Assembly (NCBI GenBank): GCA_021798795.1
Contig: JAJZBR010000001.1
Span: 3,818 to 67,817 of the forward strand
Source of the DNA: Pseudomonadota bacterium
GTDB lineage: Bacteria > Pseudomonadota > Gammaproteobacteria > JAKAQQ01
Direction: 5' to 3'
Length of the DNA: 64,000 nucleotides
Below the pieces are notes generated by a model. It saw only the letters and a program-made list of their open reading frames with translations. It made no database searches and had not been told where the DNA came from. Below are positions 9,636 to 19,954 of the stretch, one piece after another (within the stretch, counting starts at the first letter, position 1; every line of letters begins with the position of its first letter). The position numbers and the translations under genes are program-made.

Positions 9636-10277
9636 TCACCTCGCCTTTGACCACTCTTTGAGCCGGCGCTCGAGATGGCGGGCAAGCTCATTCCATGTTC
9701 GGGTCACACCACCCAGTCCCTGGACCACGATGAACCGCTCCGGCTCAGCCTCGATGCGGGCGCGATAGCCTTGGTGCACCCGTTCGTGCCAGGCGGTTGA
9801 CTCCTGCTCCATCCGGTTCGCATGCCCGCGTGATTCGGCGCGCTGGTGCGCGAGCGCGACCGGAGCCTCGAAAAAGAAAGTCAGGTCCGGACGCCTGGAG
9901 CCGAGCACCCAGTTTTCCAGGGTCGCGATCTGGTCTCGGGGCAGTCCCCTGCCCGCACCCTGGTAAGCGTAGGTCGAATCCACAAATCGGTCACAGAGAA
10001 CCCAGGTTCCGGAATCGAGAGCCGGCTCGATGACACGGACCCAGTGTTGCCTCCGGGCTGCGAAAACGAGCAGCAACTCGGCCAAGGGTTCGGGACTTTC
10101 CGGAACATCATCCAGAATCCAGCTCCGGATGGCTTCTGCAAGCGGAGTGCCGCCCGGCTCCCGCGTGATGACAACCGGAATGCCCCGGGCAGAGAGAAAA
10201 TCGCGGATCGGGCCGGCCTGGGAGGATTTGCCAGCGCCATCCCCGCCTTCAAGCGTGATCAGGCGTCCAGGCTTCAA
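9636..10277 (-). CDS. tmk: Thymidylate kinase
   Basis: LITLEGGDGAGKSS P-loop and ITREPGGT motifs. Confidence 0.9.
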   Translation of the reverse strand: MKPGRLITLEGGDGAGKSSQAGPIRDFLSARGIPVVITREPGGTPLAEAIRSWILDDVPESPEPLAELLLVFAARRQHWVRVIEPALDSGTWVLCDRFVDSTYAYQGAGRGLPRDQIATLENWVLGSRRPDLTFFFEAPVALAHQRAESRGHANRMEQESTAWHERVHQGYRARIEAEPERFIVVQGLGGVTRTWNELARHLERRLKEWSKAR

Positions 10278-11335
10278 GGTTTGCCTGCATGTCCGGGTTT
10301 GAGATAGCGGACCACATGCCGGTTCTGCTGAGCCAGGGTCCGGGCAAAGATGTGGCGTCCATTCCCCATCGAAACGAAATAGAGAGCCTTCCCGATGACC
10401 GGATGCAAGGCGGCGTGAATGGCATTGCGACTGGGATAGGAGATCGGCGTCGGTGGCAAACCCCGGTGGAGATAGGTATTCCAGGGGCTGTCGATCGCAA
10501 GATCCCGTGCGGTGAGCTCTCCGTGATAACTCCTCCCCATGCCATAGATGACGGTGGGATCGCTCTGGAGCGGCATCCCGATCATGAGTCTTCTGATGAA
10601 AACGCCAGCGATGCGCGGGCGCTCCTTGCGATACGCCGACTCTTTCTCGATAATCGAGGCCAGGATGAGCGCTTCATAGGGGGTCTTGAGCGCGCGATCC
10701 GGGACCCGGGTCGTCCACTCGGCCTGGAGAATCCGCTGCATCCGCCGATACGCCCGCACCAAAAGAGCAGGGACTGTGGTTCCGCGTGGGAAGAAGTAGG
10801 TCTCAGGCGCAAACACACCCTCCGCGCTTTCCCCGGAATGACCGAGATGGGCCATGAGCCAGGTCGCGTTCAACGGGACGGGGGGTTTTTGGATGTTGGG
10901 ATTTGCCTCAATCGCGCGGCGCAGGTCTCTAAAGGTCTCCCCGGGTACGAGCGTCAGGCGGTGGAGAATCACCCGCCCCGTGATGAACATCCGGAGCAGA
11001 TCCTCCTCGGTCATCCGGGGCACGATCCGGTATTGACCCGCCTGAAGATCGCGCCCCCGTCCCGAGATCCGGCCCAAAAGGTCGAATGACCACCAGTTCG
11101 CGAGGACGCGCCGGTCTGCGAGTTCGCGGCTCACCGCATGAAGCGTTTCCGCGCGGCGAATGGTGAGGATGACCGGGTGCCGGATCGGGAGCGGTGCAAC
11201 GCTCCACTGCCAGAATGCCCCAACCGCGAGGAGTGTGAGCACGACAAGTGTGACGAGGATGGCGAGGGTCAATCCGTGATACGCCCGAGCGAGGTTCACG
11301 CAAGACCCCACTCGACTGTCGGTGGATTTCGCCAT
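10274..11335 (-). CDS. mltG: Endolytic murein transglycosylase MltG (YceG family)
   Basis: N-terminal TM helix plus YceG-like domain. Synteny fabF-mltG-tmk. Confidence 0.85.
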   Translation of the reverse strand: MAKSTDSRVGSCVNLARAYHGLTLAILVTLVVLTLLAVGAFWQWSVAPLPIRHPVILTIRRAETLHAVSRELADRRVLANWWSFDLLGRISGRGRDLQAGQYRIVPRMTEEDLLRMFITGRVILHRLTLVPGETFRDLRRAIEANPNIQKPPVPLNATWLMAHLGHSGESAEGVFAPETYFFPRGTTVPALLVRAYRRMQRILQAEWTTRVPDRALKTPYEALILASIIEKESAYRKERPRIAGVFIRRLMIGMPLQSDPTVIYGMGRSYHGELTARDLAIDSPWNTYLHRGLPPTPISYPSRNAIHAALHPVIGKALYFVSMGNGRHIFARTLAQQNRHVVRYLKPGHAGKP

Positions 11336-11365
11336 CCGCGTCTTTTGCTCATCACTCGGGCGTTT

Positions 11366-12613
11366 TCAGGGTGCGGCGCGGAAAACCAAGGTCCCATTGG
11401 TTCCGCCAAAACCGAAAGAGTTGGATAGGGTGATCCGCAGACGCGCGGGCCGCGATTGGTTCGGCACGTAATCCAGGTCGCATTCGGGATCGGGGTGTTC
11501 GAGATTGAAGGTGGCCGGAATGACCTGGTCGCGTAGCGCGAGAATCGAAAAAATCGCCTCGATGGCTCCGGCTGCACCCAAAAGATGCCCCGTGACGGAT
11601 TTTGTGGAGCTGATCGCCACTCGGCGGGCCTGTGCACCCCACACCGCCTGGATGGCACGGCTTTCCGCGAGATCGCCTACGACGGTCGAAGTTCCATGGG
11701 CATTGATGTAGTCGACCGCCTCGGGACCGATCCCTGCGTCTTTCAGCGCATTGCGCATGCACAGCGCCGCGCCGGATCCATCTTCGGGTGGCGCGGTGAT
11801 GTGATAGGCGTCTGCACTCACGCCAAAACCGATCAGCTCGGCCCAGATCCGGGCACCCCGGCGGCGCGCATGTTCCAGTGATTCGATGACGAGGACTGCA
11901 GCTCCGTCAGACAAAACAAAGCCGTCACGGTCGCGATCCCACGGTCGGCTCGCACCACCGGGATTGTCATTGCGTGTCGAGAGCGCACGTGCGGCACAAA
12001 AGCCCGCGACCCCTCCGGGTGAAATGGCCATCTCGGCTCCCCCTGCCAGCATGACGTCTGCGTCACCCCGCTCGATAATCCGGGCGGCATAGCCGATACA
12101 GTGGGTTCCGGACGTACAGGCCGTGACCAGTCCCAGGTTGGGGCCACGCAGATTGTAGAGAATCGACAGGTGCCCCGCCACCATGTTGATAATCGACCCC
12201 GGCACGAAAAACGGTGAGACTTTCTTGGGACCGTTGTATTCCCGTACCAGATCGCGGATCTTCTCGATGCTGAGGATCCCCCCGATCCCGGCACCGACGA
12301 TCGCGCCCATGCGCTCGGCCGCCTCCCCCTCCGGTACCGCCAGACCGGCATCGTCAAATGCAAGTTTGCCTGCAGCCACGCCGTATTGCATGAACGGATC
12401 CATTTTGCGCGCGTCCTTGGGCGGCATGTAGTGCGCCGGATCAAAATCCCTTACCTCGCCCGCGAACCGGGTGGGATAGGTCGAGGGATCGAAATGCGTG
12501 ATCGGCGCGAACCCGTGGCGGCCCTTGAGTACGTTTTCCCATACGCGCTCGACCGTGAGTCCCACGGGGGAAATCACTCCCATGCCGGTCACAACGATCT
12601 GCTTGCGTGTCAC
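11366..12613 (-). CDS. fabF: 3-oxoacyl-ACP synthase II
   Basis: MTRKQIVVTGMGVISPVG..., active-site Cys in ACTSGT, HGTST and GHLLGAAG motifs. Confidence 0.95.
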   Translation of the reverse strand: MTRKQIVVTGMGVISPVGLTVERVWENVLKGRHGFAPITHFDPSTYPTRFAGEVRDFDPAHYMPPKDARKMDPFMQYGVAAGKLAFDDAGLAVPEGEAAERMGAIVGAGIGGILSIEKIRDLVREYNGPKKVSPFFVPGSIINMVAGHLSILYNLRGPNLGLVTACTSGTHCIGYAARIIERGDADVMLAGGAEMAISPGGVAGFCAARALSTRNDNPGGASRPWDRDRDGFVLSDGAAVLVIESLEHARRRGARIWAELIGFGVSADAYHITAPPEDGSGAALCMRNALKDAGIGPEAVDYINAHGTSTVVGDLAESRAIQAVWGAQARRVAISSTKSVTGHLLGAAGAIEAIFSILALRDQVIPATFNLEHPDPECDLDYVPNQSRPARLRITLSNSFGFGGTNGTLVFRAAP

Positions 12614-12697
12614 AGCGAGTGATCTCTCAGTCAGGAGTTGGGGTTCGGTTCTGAAAACGGCCCCGCGAAACGGGGACCGTTTTTCCGGCTCGCCGGA

Positions 12698-12940
12698 TCA
12701 ATGCTCCTCAGTATGCGCCTGGATGTAATCAACGGCCTGCTGCACCGTTGTGATTTTTTCCGCTTCCTCATCCGGGATCTCGCATTCGAACTCTTCTTCG
12801 AGTGCCATGACGAGCTCCACCGTATCCAGGGAATCCGCTCCGAGATCGTCGACAAATGAAGCTTCGGGCTTGACCTGCTCTTCTCTGACCCCCAGCTGCT
12901 CCACGATGATTTTCTTGACTCGCTCTTCAATATTGCTCAT
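12698..12940 (-). CDS. acpP: Acyl carrier protein
   Basis: 80 aa with the phosphopantetheine site motif [20 protein letters not shown]. Confidence 0.95.
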   Translation of the reverse strand: MSNIEERVKKIIVEQLGVREEQVKPEASFVDDLGADSLDTVELVMALEEEFECEIPDEEAEKITTVQQAVDYIQAHTEEH

Positions 12941-13069
12941 GTGCTCGAGTCCCCTTACATTTCAGAATGACGCCACGGCGCCGGAATGTGCAATTGTAGC
13001 CAAAAAAAACGCCAGCACCGCAACTGTAAATGAAATCGATAAGATTCAGCATCTTTCATCCGAAAGTGA

Positions 13070-13819
13070 TCACGACATATACATGCCGCCATTCACCTGT
13101 AGCGTTTCTCCGGTAATGTAGGCTGCCCCGGGCGAGGCCAGAAAGCTGACACAGGCCGCCACTTCCTCCGCATGCCCGAGGCGCCTGAGAGGAATGCGTT
13201 CGAGCATGAGCTTCTTCTGCTCGGGCGTGAGTGTCCGCGTCATGTCCGTATCGATCAAGCCGGGCGCCACGGCATTGACTCGGACCCCCCGCGATCCCAC
13301 TTCCTGAGCCAGCGAGCGGGTGAACCCCAAGATTCCGCCCTTTGCAGCAGCGTAGTTGGCCTGCCCGGGATTCCCGCTCAGTGCAACGACCGAGGCGATA
13401 TTGATGATGGCCCCACCCCGCGCGCGCAGCATGCCCCGGAGGCAGGCCTTGGTCAGGCGAAAAACCGCCGTCAAATCAACCTCAATGACCTCATCCCAGA
13501 GCGCTTCACTCATCCTTAGTAGAAGATCATCCCGTGTGATCCCCGCATTGTTCACGAGAACCGAAACTGGCCCGAAATGCTGTTCGAAACTTTGGACCGC
13601 CTCTCCGAGTTTTTCGACCGGGAGATCCTTGAAGTCGAGGAGCCAGCCGGATCCTTGGCGGCCCCGTTCGGCAAGCCAGTGCTCAATGGTATCGACCCCC
13701 TTTTCGGTCGTGGCAGTCCCTACAACCGAAAAGCCATCATCCGACAGGCGCGCAAGGATCGCCTGACCGATTCCCCTGCTGGCACCGGTGACCAGTGCAA
13801 ACCCCGCTTGGTTTCTCAT
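13070..13819 (-). CDS. fabG: 3-oxoacyl-ACP reductase
   Basis: SDR with TGASRGIG, NAG and YAAAK motifs. Start taken at the internal Met (MRNQAGFALV..). Confidence 0.95.
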   Translation of the reverse strand: MRNQAGFALVTGASRGIGQAILARLSDDGFSVVGTATTEKGVDTIEHWLAERGRQGSGWLLDFKDLPVEKLGEAVQSFEQHFGPVSVLVNNAGITRDDLLLRMSEALWDEVIEVDLTAVFRLTKACLRGMLRARGGAIINIASVVALSGNPGQANYAAAKGGILGFTRSLAQEVGSRGVRVNAVAPGLIDTDMTRTLTPEQKKLMLERIPLRRLGHAEEVAACVSFLASPGAAYITGETLQVNGGMYMS

Positions 13820-13835
13820 GCTCGAGCCCTCCGTC

Positions 13836-14756
13836 TTAGTGGGCATATTGTTTCAGAACACTGGCATTTTCAAGTGCCACATGCTCGAGATCCGGCGCGC
13901 AGCGGCGGCCGAGCGCGGTCAGCACCCGATTGGGCCCACATTCGATGATCTCCTGGATTCCATACCGGTCGCGGAACAGGTGGATCGTATCCGTCCAGCG
14001 CACGGGCTGGTACAGTTGTGCGGCGAGCACCTGCCGGATACCATCCGGATCCAAGTGGGTTGAAAGATCCGCATTGTGGATCAGGGGGATCCGGGGCGGG
14101 CGGAAGCGCACACCGGCCAGAACCTGTGCGAACCCTCGCGCCGCATCGCGCATGAGTGAACTGTGCGCCGGAACACTCACCGGGAGGAGGATGGCGCGCT
14201 TGGCGCCAGCCGCCCGGACCTGCTCGATCAGCGCACCGACCGCCGCCCGCGTTCCCGCCACCACGACCTGTCCCGGACAGTTGAAATTCACAGCTTCGAC
14301 GGTTCCGGATGGAATGTCCCGGCAGAGCGCGAGGAGGATATCTTCAGGAAGGCCCATGACCGCGGCCATGGCACCGCCACCTTCCGGTGCCCCCTCCTGC
14401 ATGAGCCGGGCACGCGCCACAACCAGATCGGCGAGATCGGGGAGATCGAGAACACCCGCAGCGTAGAGCGCCGGATATTCCCCCAGGCTGTGGCCGGCAA
14501 CGACCTCAGGCAGCTGACCGCCCGCATCACGATAGATTTCAAAAAATGAGACATCGGCAGCGAGCATCAAGGGTTGCGTGACAGTGGTCTCACCGAGCAC
14601 CTCGGTGGGACCGGTCAGGGCCAGTTCGCGCAGATCCCGGCCACAGCGCGCGGAAATCAACCCGAATACCCGGCTCACCGCCGGATGATCCACGAAATCC
14701 GCGAGCATCCCGATGCTCTGGGAACCCTGGCCAGGGAAAACCATCCCACGCTTCAT
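13836..14756 (-). CDS. fabD: Malonyl-CoA:ACP transacylase
   Basis: MVFPGQGSQSIGML and GHSLGEY active-site motifs. The 460-aa track ORF carries a spurious N-terminal extension. Start placed at MKRGMVFPGQGSQ. Confidence 0.9.
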   Translation of the reverse strand: MKRGMVFPGQGSQSIGMLADFVDHPAVSRVFGLISARCGRDLRELALTGPTEVLGETTVTQPLMLAADVSFFEIYRDAGGQLPEVVAGHSLGEYPALYAAGVLDLPDLADLVVARARLMQEGAPEGGGAMAAVMGLPEDILLALCRDIPSGTVEAVNFNCPGQVVVAGTRAAVGALIEQVRAAGAKRAILLPVSVPAHSSLMRDAARGFAQVLAGVRFRPPRIPLIHNADLSTHLDPDGIRQVLAAQLYQPVRWTDTIHLFRDRYGIQEIIECGPNRVLTALGRRCAPDLEHVALENASVLKQYAH

Positions 14757-14778
14757 GGCAAACCCGCCTCGCCCGTCA

Positions 14779-15432
14779 TCACGCTCGGTGCCCACCTGAC
14801 AAGTTTGTCCGTCGCAGCTCGCGCCGCCTGTCGAGCGCAATCCAGAGAAACCCGAGCAATGCCCCGGCAATCGCTCCGTAGAGATGGGCGATGGTGAGGA
14901 TGGGGCCGCCGATCGACCAGGTCGAGGTGGGGAGCGGTCCCCATATCCGCTCATATACGAGCTTCGCGACCAGAAACCCGAGCAGCCAGCGACCGCCCCA
15001 TTCTCTGCGCGCGACCGCAAGGAGCGCACCACTCGCCCAGTAGGTATGCAGAACACCTGAAATGCCCACGTACCACTCAACCGCCGGCGAGAGGTATAAA
15101 ACCCCGAGTCCGACGGCCACACAACCGACCACAGTGGCGATCCAGAACCGGAGTACCCCGAGCGTTCGGCCGAAGAGCAGCCATAAAAGCACGAGCCCGG
15201 AAAGGTCGAGCAGGACATGCGGCCAGCCTGAGTGGACGAAATTGGCGGTAATGAGCCGCCACCACTGCCCGGATTGGACAGCCGGACGATAAAAGGCCAG
15301 CGCCTCTCTCACCGGGTTGCCCCCGAGCTCAAGAGCGAGACAGAGAACAACGATCAGAATAACCGGCCAGTGCGCCTTCCAGGCTCCATTGAGCCGGTTT
15401 ATCCAGCGATCATTCCTCTTGAGACGATGCAT
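14779..15432 (-). CDS. Rhomboid-family intramembrane serine protease (possibly rhombosortase-like)
   Basis: Polytopic protein with GQWWRLITANFVHSGWPHVLLDLSGL, catalytic Ser in GISGVLH, and catalytic His in AHLYGAIAG. Confidence 0.7.
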   Translation of the reverse strand: MHRLKRNDRWINRLNGAWKAHWPVILIVVLCLALELGGNPVREALAFYRPAVQSGQWWRLITANFVHSGWPHVLLDLSGLVLLWLLFGRTLGVLRFWIATVVGCVAVGLGVLYLSPAVEWYVGISGVLHTYWASGALLAVARREWGGRWLLGFLVAKLVYERIWGPLPTSTWSIGGPILTIAHLYGAIAGALLGFLWIALDRRRELRRTNLSGGHRA

Positions 15433-15535
15433 GCTGACCGATACTCCGACTGGTGCTATCATGGGATCCGGTCAGTGGGCGCAAGCCCGGACCCCAGATT
15501 GCCCATCGTCCGTTCAAAGGATCGTAGTGTATCCG

Positions 15536-15973
15536 ATGCCAAGCCTTGATCGCCAGTCGCTCAGTCGGGGGTTTACCCTCATCGAGGTCATGGTGGTGGT
15601 GGTCATCCTCGCCATCCTGGCCTCGATCATCGTTCCGAACGTCATCAACAAACCGGCCGAGGCGCGGATCACCAAGGCGCAGGCCGACATCCGTTCGATC
15701 GTGGCCGCCCTCGAGATGTACAAGCTCGACAACTACGTGTATCCAACCACCGCACAAGGACTCCGTGCGCTCGTGGTCAAACCGACGCAATCGCCCGCCC
15801 CGCCGCACTGGCATCATTACCTCAACCAGGTACCAATCGACCCCTGGGGACATCCGTACAAGTACCTTTATCCGGGAATCCACGGTACCTTTGACGTATG
15901 GACCGATGGACCACCCTCGTCATCGGGAAAAAAGCACGTGATCGGCAACTGGAAACTCAGCCGCGCCCAATGA
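15536..15973 (+). CDS. gspG: Type II secretion major pseudopilin GspG
   Basis: Prepilin leader ..SRGFTLIEVMVVVVILAILA. Conserved GspG core (..VPIDPWGHPYKY..). Start at the internal Met of ORF 15317..15973. Confidence 0.9.
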   Translation: MPSLDRQSLSRGFTLIEVMVVVVILAILASIIVPNVINKPAEARITKAQADIRSIVAALEMYKLDNYVYPTTAQGLRALVVKPTQSPAPPHWHHYLNQVPIDPWGHPYKYLYPGIHGTFDVWTDGPPSSSGKKHVIGNWKLSRAQ

Positions 15974-16542
15974 ATGGATCGGCTACCGTGACCGGGCGGG
16001 GGTTCACGCTGGTCGAGATTCTGGTCGTGCTTTTGATCGTGGGCATCCTGACGGGCATTGCCGTCCTGTCGCTCAGCGCGATCGGTCGTGCACCCCGGCG
16101 CGAACAGACCGCCCGCCATCTGGCCGGCCTGATTGAACTCGCGTCCCAGCAGGCCATCACGCAAGGAGAACAGCTGGGTCTCCGGATCGCGCGCCACCAC
16201 TATACATTCGTACGTGACGACCATGGCAGATGGAAATCGTTCGGCTCGAGTTCGATCTATCGGACCCGGCATCTACCCGGGGGCGTGCATCTCACTCTCC
16301 TGCTCCGGGGTACACCGATTGTCCTGCATGCTCCACCTCCACCGCCGAAATCGAAGCACCATCGATCAGCCGCTCATACCCCGGCCCGCGGATCCCTGCC
16401 CCAGATCCTTATCCTGTCAAATGGCGAACTGTCGGGATTTGAAATTGACGTCTACGAAAACGGCCACCGTCACCCGTTCCGGATCCGGGGAAATCCAACC
16501 GGCCGCATTTCACTGGTGACGCCCCGGCCCGCCCGCTCATGA
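15970..16542 (+). CDS. gspH: Type II secretion minor pseudopilin GspH
   Basis: Prepilin leader GRGFTLVEILVVLLIVGIL. Start overlaps the gspG stop (ATGA). Confidence 0.8.
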   Translation: MNGSATVTGRGFTLVEILVVLLIVGILTGIAVLSLSAIGRAPRREQTARHLAGLIELASQQAITQGEQLGLRIARHHYTFVRDDHGRWKSFGSSSIYRTRHLPGGVHLTLLLRGTPIVLHAPPPPPKSKHHRSAAHTPARGSLPQILILSNGELSGFEIDVYENGHRHPFRIRGNPTGRISLVTPRPARS

Positions 16543-17045
16543 TCCCTCCGCGACCGGCGCGACAAAACGTTCGCGCCTTTACCCTGCTTGAAGTCCTGAT
16601 CGCACTCGCCATCGTCGGCATCGGATTGCTTGCCCTGCTCGGCACATCGATCGAAAACACCCGGGTTGCAAGTGGCCTCCGGGATCGGACCTTTGCGAGC
16701 TATGTCGCGGCCAATGAAATCGAAACCCTGCGCCTCGCACCGAGCTGGCCCAGCCTTGGGAAAACCGAAGGTCATGCGCGCATGGCCGGCATCCGCTGGT
16801 ACTGGACGCTTGATGTGACCCATACTGCCGCCCCGGGCCTGCTCAAGGCCATCGTCGCAGTCGGGCTCAAACCCCATGCGAGCCGGGCGCTGGTCTCACT
16901 GACCGGCTTCCTCGGACGCAGTCTCCTGGATCGCCCGAGCCCCAGCATATCGGCCCCTCCTCCACCCGGCGTTCTGCCGAACCCAGGTGGTCCCCTTGGC
17001 CCGCCAGGTTCCCTGGGCCCGCCAGGCCCGGGAATGGGGCCATGA
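16539..17045 (+). CDS. gspI: Type II secretion minor pseudopilin GspI with Gly/Pro-rich collagen-like C-terminal tail
   Basis: Leader AFTLLEVLIALAIVGIGLLAL. The C-terminus PPPPGVLPNPGGPLGPPGSLGPPGPGMGP is encoded by repetitive ggcccgccagg DNA. Confidence 0.8.
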   Translation: MIPPRPARQNVRAFTLLEVLIALAIVGIGLLALLGTSIENTRVASGLRDRTFASYVAANEIETLRLAPSWPSLGKTEGHARMAGIRWYWTLDVTHTAAPGLLKAIVAVGLKPHASRALVSLTGFLGRSLLDRPSPSISAPPPPGVLPNPGGPLGPPGSLGPPGPGMGP

Positions 17046-17650
17046 AGCGTCATCTACCGGGTTTTACCCTGATCGAAATCCTCGTGGCAACCGCCATCCT
17101 GGCCTTGCTCGCGATCATGGCTTACGGGTCTCTCAGCACCATCCTCCATGAACGTGCGGTCACCCGCCGTGCGGGCTCGGCCCTCCAATCGCTCCAGATG
17201 GCCATGCTGCTCATGAGCCAGGATTTTGCCCAGGCATCGCCGCGCCCGATCCGCGCCAGCACAGGGGTCCTGAAACCCGCCCTGCATGGCGGACGCGGGA
17301 TGGTGGGCCCGTTGCTCGTATTGACCCGTGATGGCGATCTCAACCCGGCCGAGGAACACCGCTCGGATCTCGAACGGGTGGGATATGGACTCCATCACCA
17401 CAACCTCATCCGCTATGTATGGCCCGTACTCGACCGGATCACGCCGGTCACGCCAGAACAGGAAACCCTTCTCCATCACGTGCGTTCCTTGAGAATCCGG
17501 TTTCTCGGCCCACAGGGCAACTGGCACCGTCACTGGCCCGCCCTGAACGCCTCCCCCACATCCGAACTGGACCGGAGGCCGATCGGCATCAAGATCATTC
17601 TGAAAACCCGGACTTGGGGCACGATCGAGCGGATCTTCGAACTCCCATGA
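17042..17650 (+). CDS. gspJ: Type II secretion minor pseudopilin GspJ
   Basis: Leader PGFTLIEILVATAILALLA. Position in the operon. Confidence 0.8.
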   Translation: MKRHLPGFTLIEILVATAILALLAIMAYGSLSTILHERAVTRRAGSALQSLQMAMLLMSQDFAQASPRPIRASTGVLKPALHGGRGMVGPLLVLTRDGDLNPAEEHRSDLERVGYGLHHHNLIRYVWPVLDRITPVTPEQETLLHHVRSLRIRFLGPQGNWHRHWPALNASPTSELDRRPIGIKIILKTRTWGTIERIFELP

Positions 17651-18561
17651 CCGTGATTCGCGAACGCGGCGTCGCCATCCTGATCGCTCTCGTGATCATC
17701 GCGATCGCCACGGCAATCGCTGGACGCATGATCTGGGACCGCAATCTCGCCTTGCACCGCACCCAGAATGTTTTGCGTTTCGAACAGGACTACGAATATG
17801 CGATCGGAGCCGAATCCTGGATCGCGAGCCTGATCCATGAGGACCTTGGCACCCAGCCCACGGTTAATCTCACACAGAGCTGGGCTGAAACGCTTCCCCC
17901 ATTGCCCATTCCGCACGGGGAGATGGTCGGACGCCTCGTCGATCTCCAGGGTTATTTCAATGTCAACAACCTGGCTGCCCAGACCGGCGGTGTGGATGTG
18001 AACGAACTTGCGGTGTTCGAACGCCTTCTGGCCGAGTTTCAAATCAACCCCGAGGTGGCTCAGGCAGTCGCCAACTGGGTCTCTTCGACCCAGTCCAGTT
18101 CGGCCGCAAGCTCAAATGGCATCTACGCCTCCTTCACGCCGCCTTATCGTGCAGCCCGTGCACCCATGGCGAGCGCAACGGAGCTGAGACTCGTGGCCGG
18201 TCTGGACCGCAGCCAATACGAAGTACTGAGGCCTTGGGTGGTGAGTTTGCCCATTCCAACCGCGCTCAATGTCAACACGGCACCCCTGCCGATCCTAGAA
18301 TCCCTGAGCCCAAGCCCGAACCCCAGCAATCTCGCGAACATCGTTAAACAGCAGCAGGCGGGCGGATTCCAGACCACGGCAATGTTTGAAAACATGCTGG
18401 GACAACCGGTTGCCATCCCGGTTGGCGTGGACAGCAGCTTTTTCAGGCTGCTTCTGGCCATACGCTTCGCCGGGAGCCGATTCACGCTCCGGGGCATCCT
18501 CTTCCGCGCCCCGACCGGTCAGACCCGCGTCTTTGACCAAAGCTTCGGCAGCACGCAATGA
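17647..18561 (+). CDS. gspK: Type II secretion minor pseudopilin GspK
   Basis: MTVIRERGVAILIALVIIAIATAIAG.. N-terminus. Overlaps the gspJ stop. About 300 aa. Confidence 0.8.
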   Translation: MTVIRERGVAILIALVIIAIATAIAGRMIWDRNLALHRTQNVLRFEQDYEYAIGAESWIASLIHEDLGTQPTVNLTQSWAETLPPLPIPHGEMVGRLVDLQGYFNVNNLAAQTGGVDVNELAVFERLLAEFQINPEVAQAVANWVSSTQSSSAASSNGIYASFTPPYRAARAPMASATELRLVAGLDRSQYEVLRPWVVSLPIPTALNVNTAPLPILESLSPSPNPSNLANIVKQQQAGGFQTTAMFENMLGQPVAIPVGVDSSFFRLLLAIRFAGSRFTLRGILFRAPTGQTRVFDQSFGSTQ

Positions 18562-18730
18562 ATGCGGCGGCACGCAGAGATCGCACGGGTACCTCCTCTA
18601 TGCGGAATCGGTGCGAGATCGGTTATGATCGACTCCGGCAGTGCGAAGCATCGGACGTTCCAGAGACTCATTCGGTCACCAACGGACCATCCCACCACCT
18701 CCGAACAGGATCTTGCCCATAGTTTTTCCC

Positions 18731-19954
18731 ATGGCGGAACAGATTTTCATTCGCCTGAATCCGGATCCCGAAAACGTCGATTGGTGGATACTCGACGCGC
18801 AGGGTCACAGGCGCGGCGGCATCGGACATGCGCGTCTCGACGCGCTCGCTCCGCACCTGCACGCAAGACAGGTCCGGGTGATCGTCTCAAGCAACCTGAT
18901 CACCTTCACCGAAGTGCGCCTGCCGGCTCGCTCGCGACGGCGGTGGGAAGAGGCGATTCCGTTTGCCCTGGAGGAGATGCTCGCAAGCGACGTCGAAGAC
19001 CTGCATTTCGCGCATGGCGAATCTGATGCGACTGGTCATCTCCCGGTCGCCGTCGTCAACCGGGATCAGATGGGAAAGTGGATGGCGCACTTCGATGCTG
19101 CGGGAATCCGGCCCGATGCGCTTTGGCCCGATCTCTTTCTTGTCCCCTGGACAAAACAGACCTGGAGCCTGGCCCGGGAAAAAGACCGGATCATCCTCCG
19201 ATGGGCGCAAGAGCAGGGCTGTTGTCTCGAAGACACACTCGCTGAAGCCGTTTTCAACCGGCTCTGGGCATCGGTCCCCGCCGAGCGTCATCCTCGTGAG
19301 ATCGTGTTTTACGGCACAGCCGATGATCCATTCTGGCAAACGATACAGGCTGGGCCCGGACGTGAAACACTGGCCTGGACACAGGGAGGAACATCCGCCT
19401 GCGAAGAGGCCTCGCGGGGCCCCCTGGTCGGCATCAATCTCCTGCAGGGATCCTGGTCGCCGGGACATCATCGCCAGGAAACGTGGTCGCGCTGGAAACC
19501 AAGTGTTTATCTCGCAGCGGCCTGGGTCGGCCTGCTCGCGCTCTATCTCCTCATCCGTGTGATCAACATCGAAAGCCAGGCAAGCTCCTGGCGCACACGC
19601 GTACATCAGGCGTTTCACGCTGCTCTCCCGGGTCAACCCTATGTTTCCCCGCGAGCACAGATCGAACAGGCGCTCCGGCAGAGCGGGGGCGAATCCCGGC
19701 GAACGACGACGTTCCTCGAGTTTCTCGCGCACGCCTCGGACGAGCGTCCGGCACCGATCCGGATCCATGCCCTGCACTATGGTCCATCCGGCCTCGAGCT
19801 CGACTTCGATGCCCCATCCCGACCCTTGGCTGAATCCTACGTTCATGAACTCTCCCGGACGACCCACCTCAATCCCCTTGAGATCCACTGGCAGATCAAA
19901 CCAGGCCACGTACGGGCATTCATCCACTACGCTTTCAACCCTCCTCCTTCATGA
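18731..19954 (+). CDS. gspL: Type II secretion inner-membrane protein GspL
   Basis: Cytoplasmic actin-like N-domain (MAEQIFIRLNP..ALPFALEEMLASDVEDLHFA), a single TM helix, and a periplasmic domain. Start at the internal Met of ORF 18641..19954. Confidence 0.75.
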   Translation: MAEQIFIRLNPDPENVDWWILDAQGHRRGGIGHARLDALAPHLHARQVRVIVSSNLITFTEVRLPARSRRRWEEAIPFALEEMLASDVEDLHFAHGESDATGHLPVAVVNRDQMGKWMAHFDAAGIRPDALWPDLFLVPWTKQTWSLAREKDRIILRWAQEQGCCLEDTLAEAVFNRLWASVPAERHPREIVFYGTADDPFWQTIQAGPGRETLAWTQGGTSACEEASRGPLVGINLLQGSWSPGHHRQETWSRWKPSVYLAAAWVGLLALYLLIRVINIESQASSWRTRVHQAFHAALPGQPYVSPRAQIEQALRQSGGESRRTTTFLEFLAHASDERPAPIRIHALHYGPSGLELDFDAPSRPLAESYVHELSRTTHLNPLEIHWQIKPGHVRAFIHYAFNPPPS

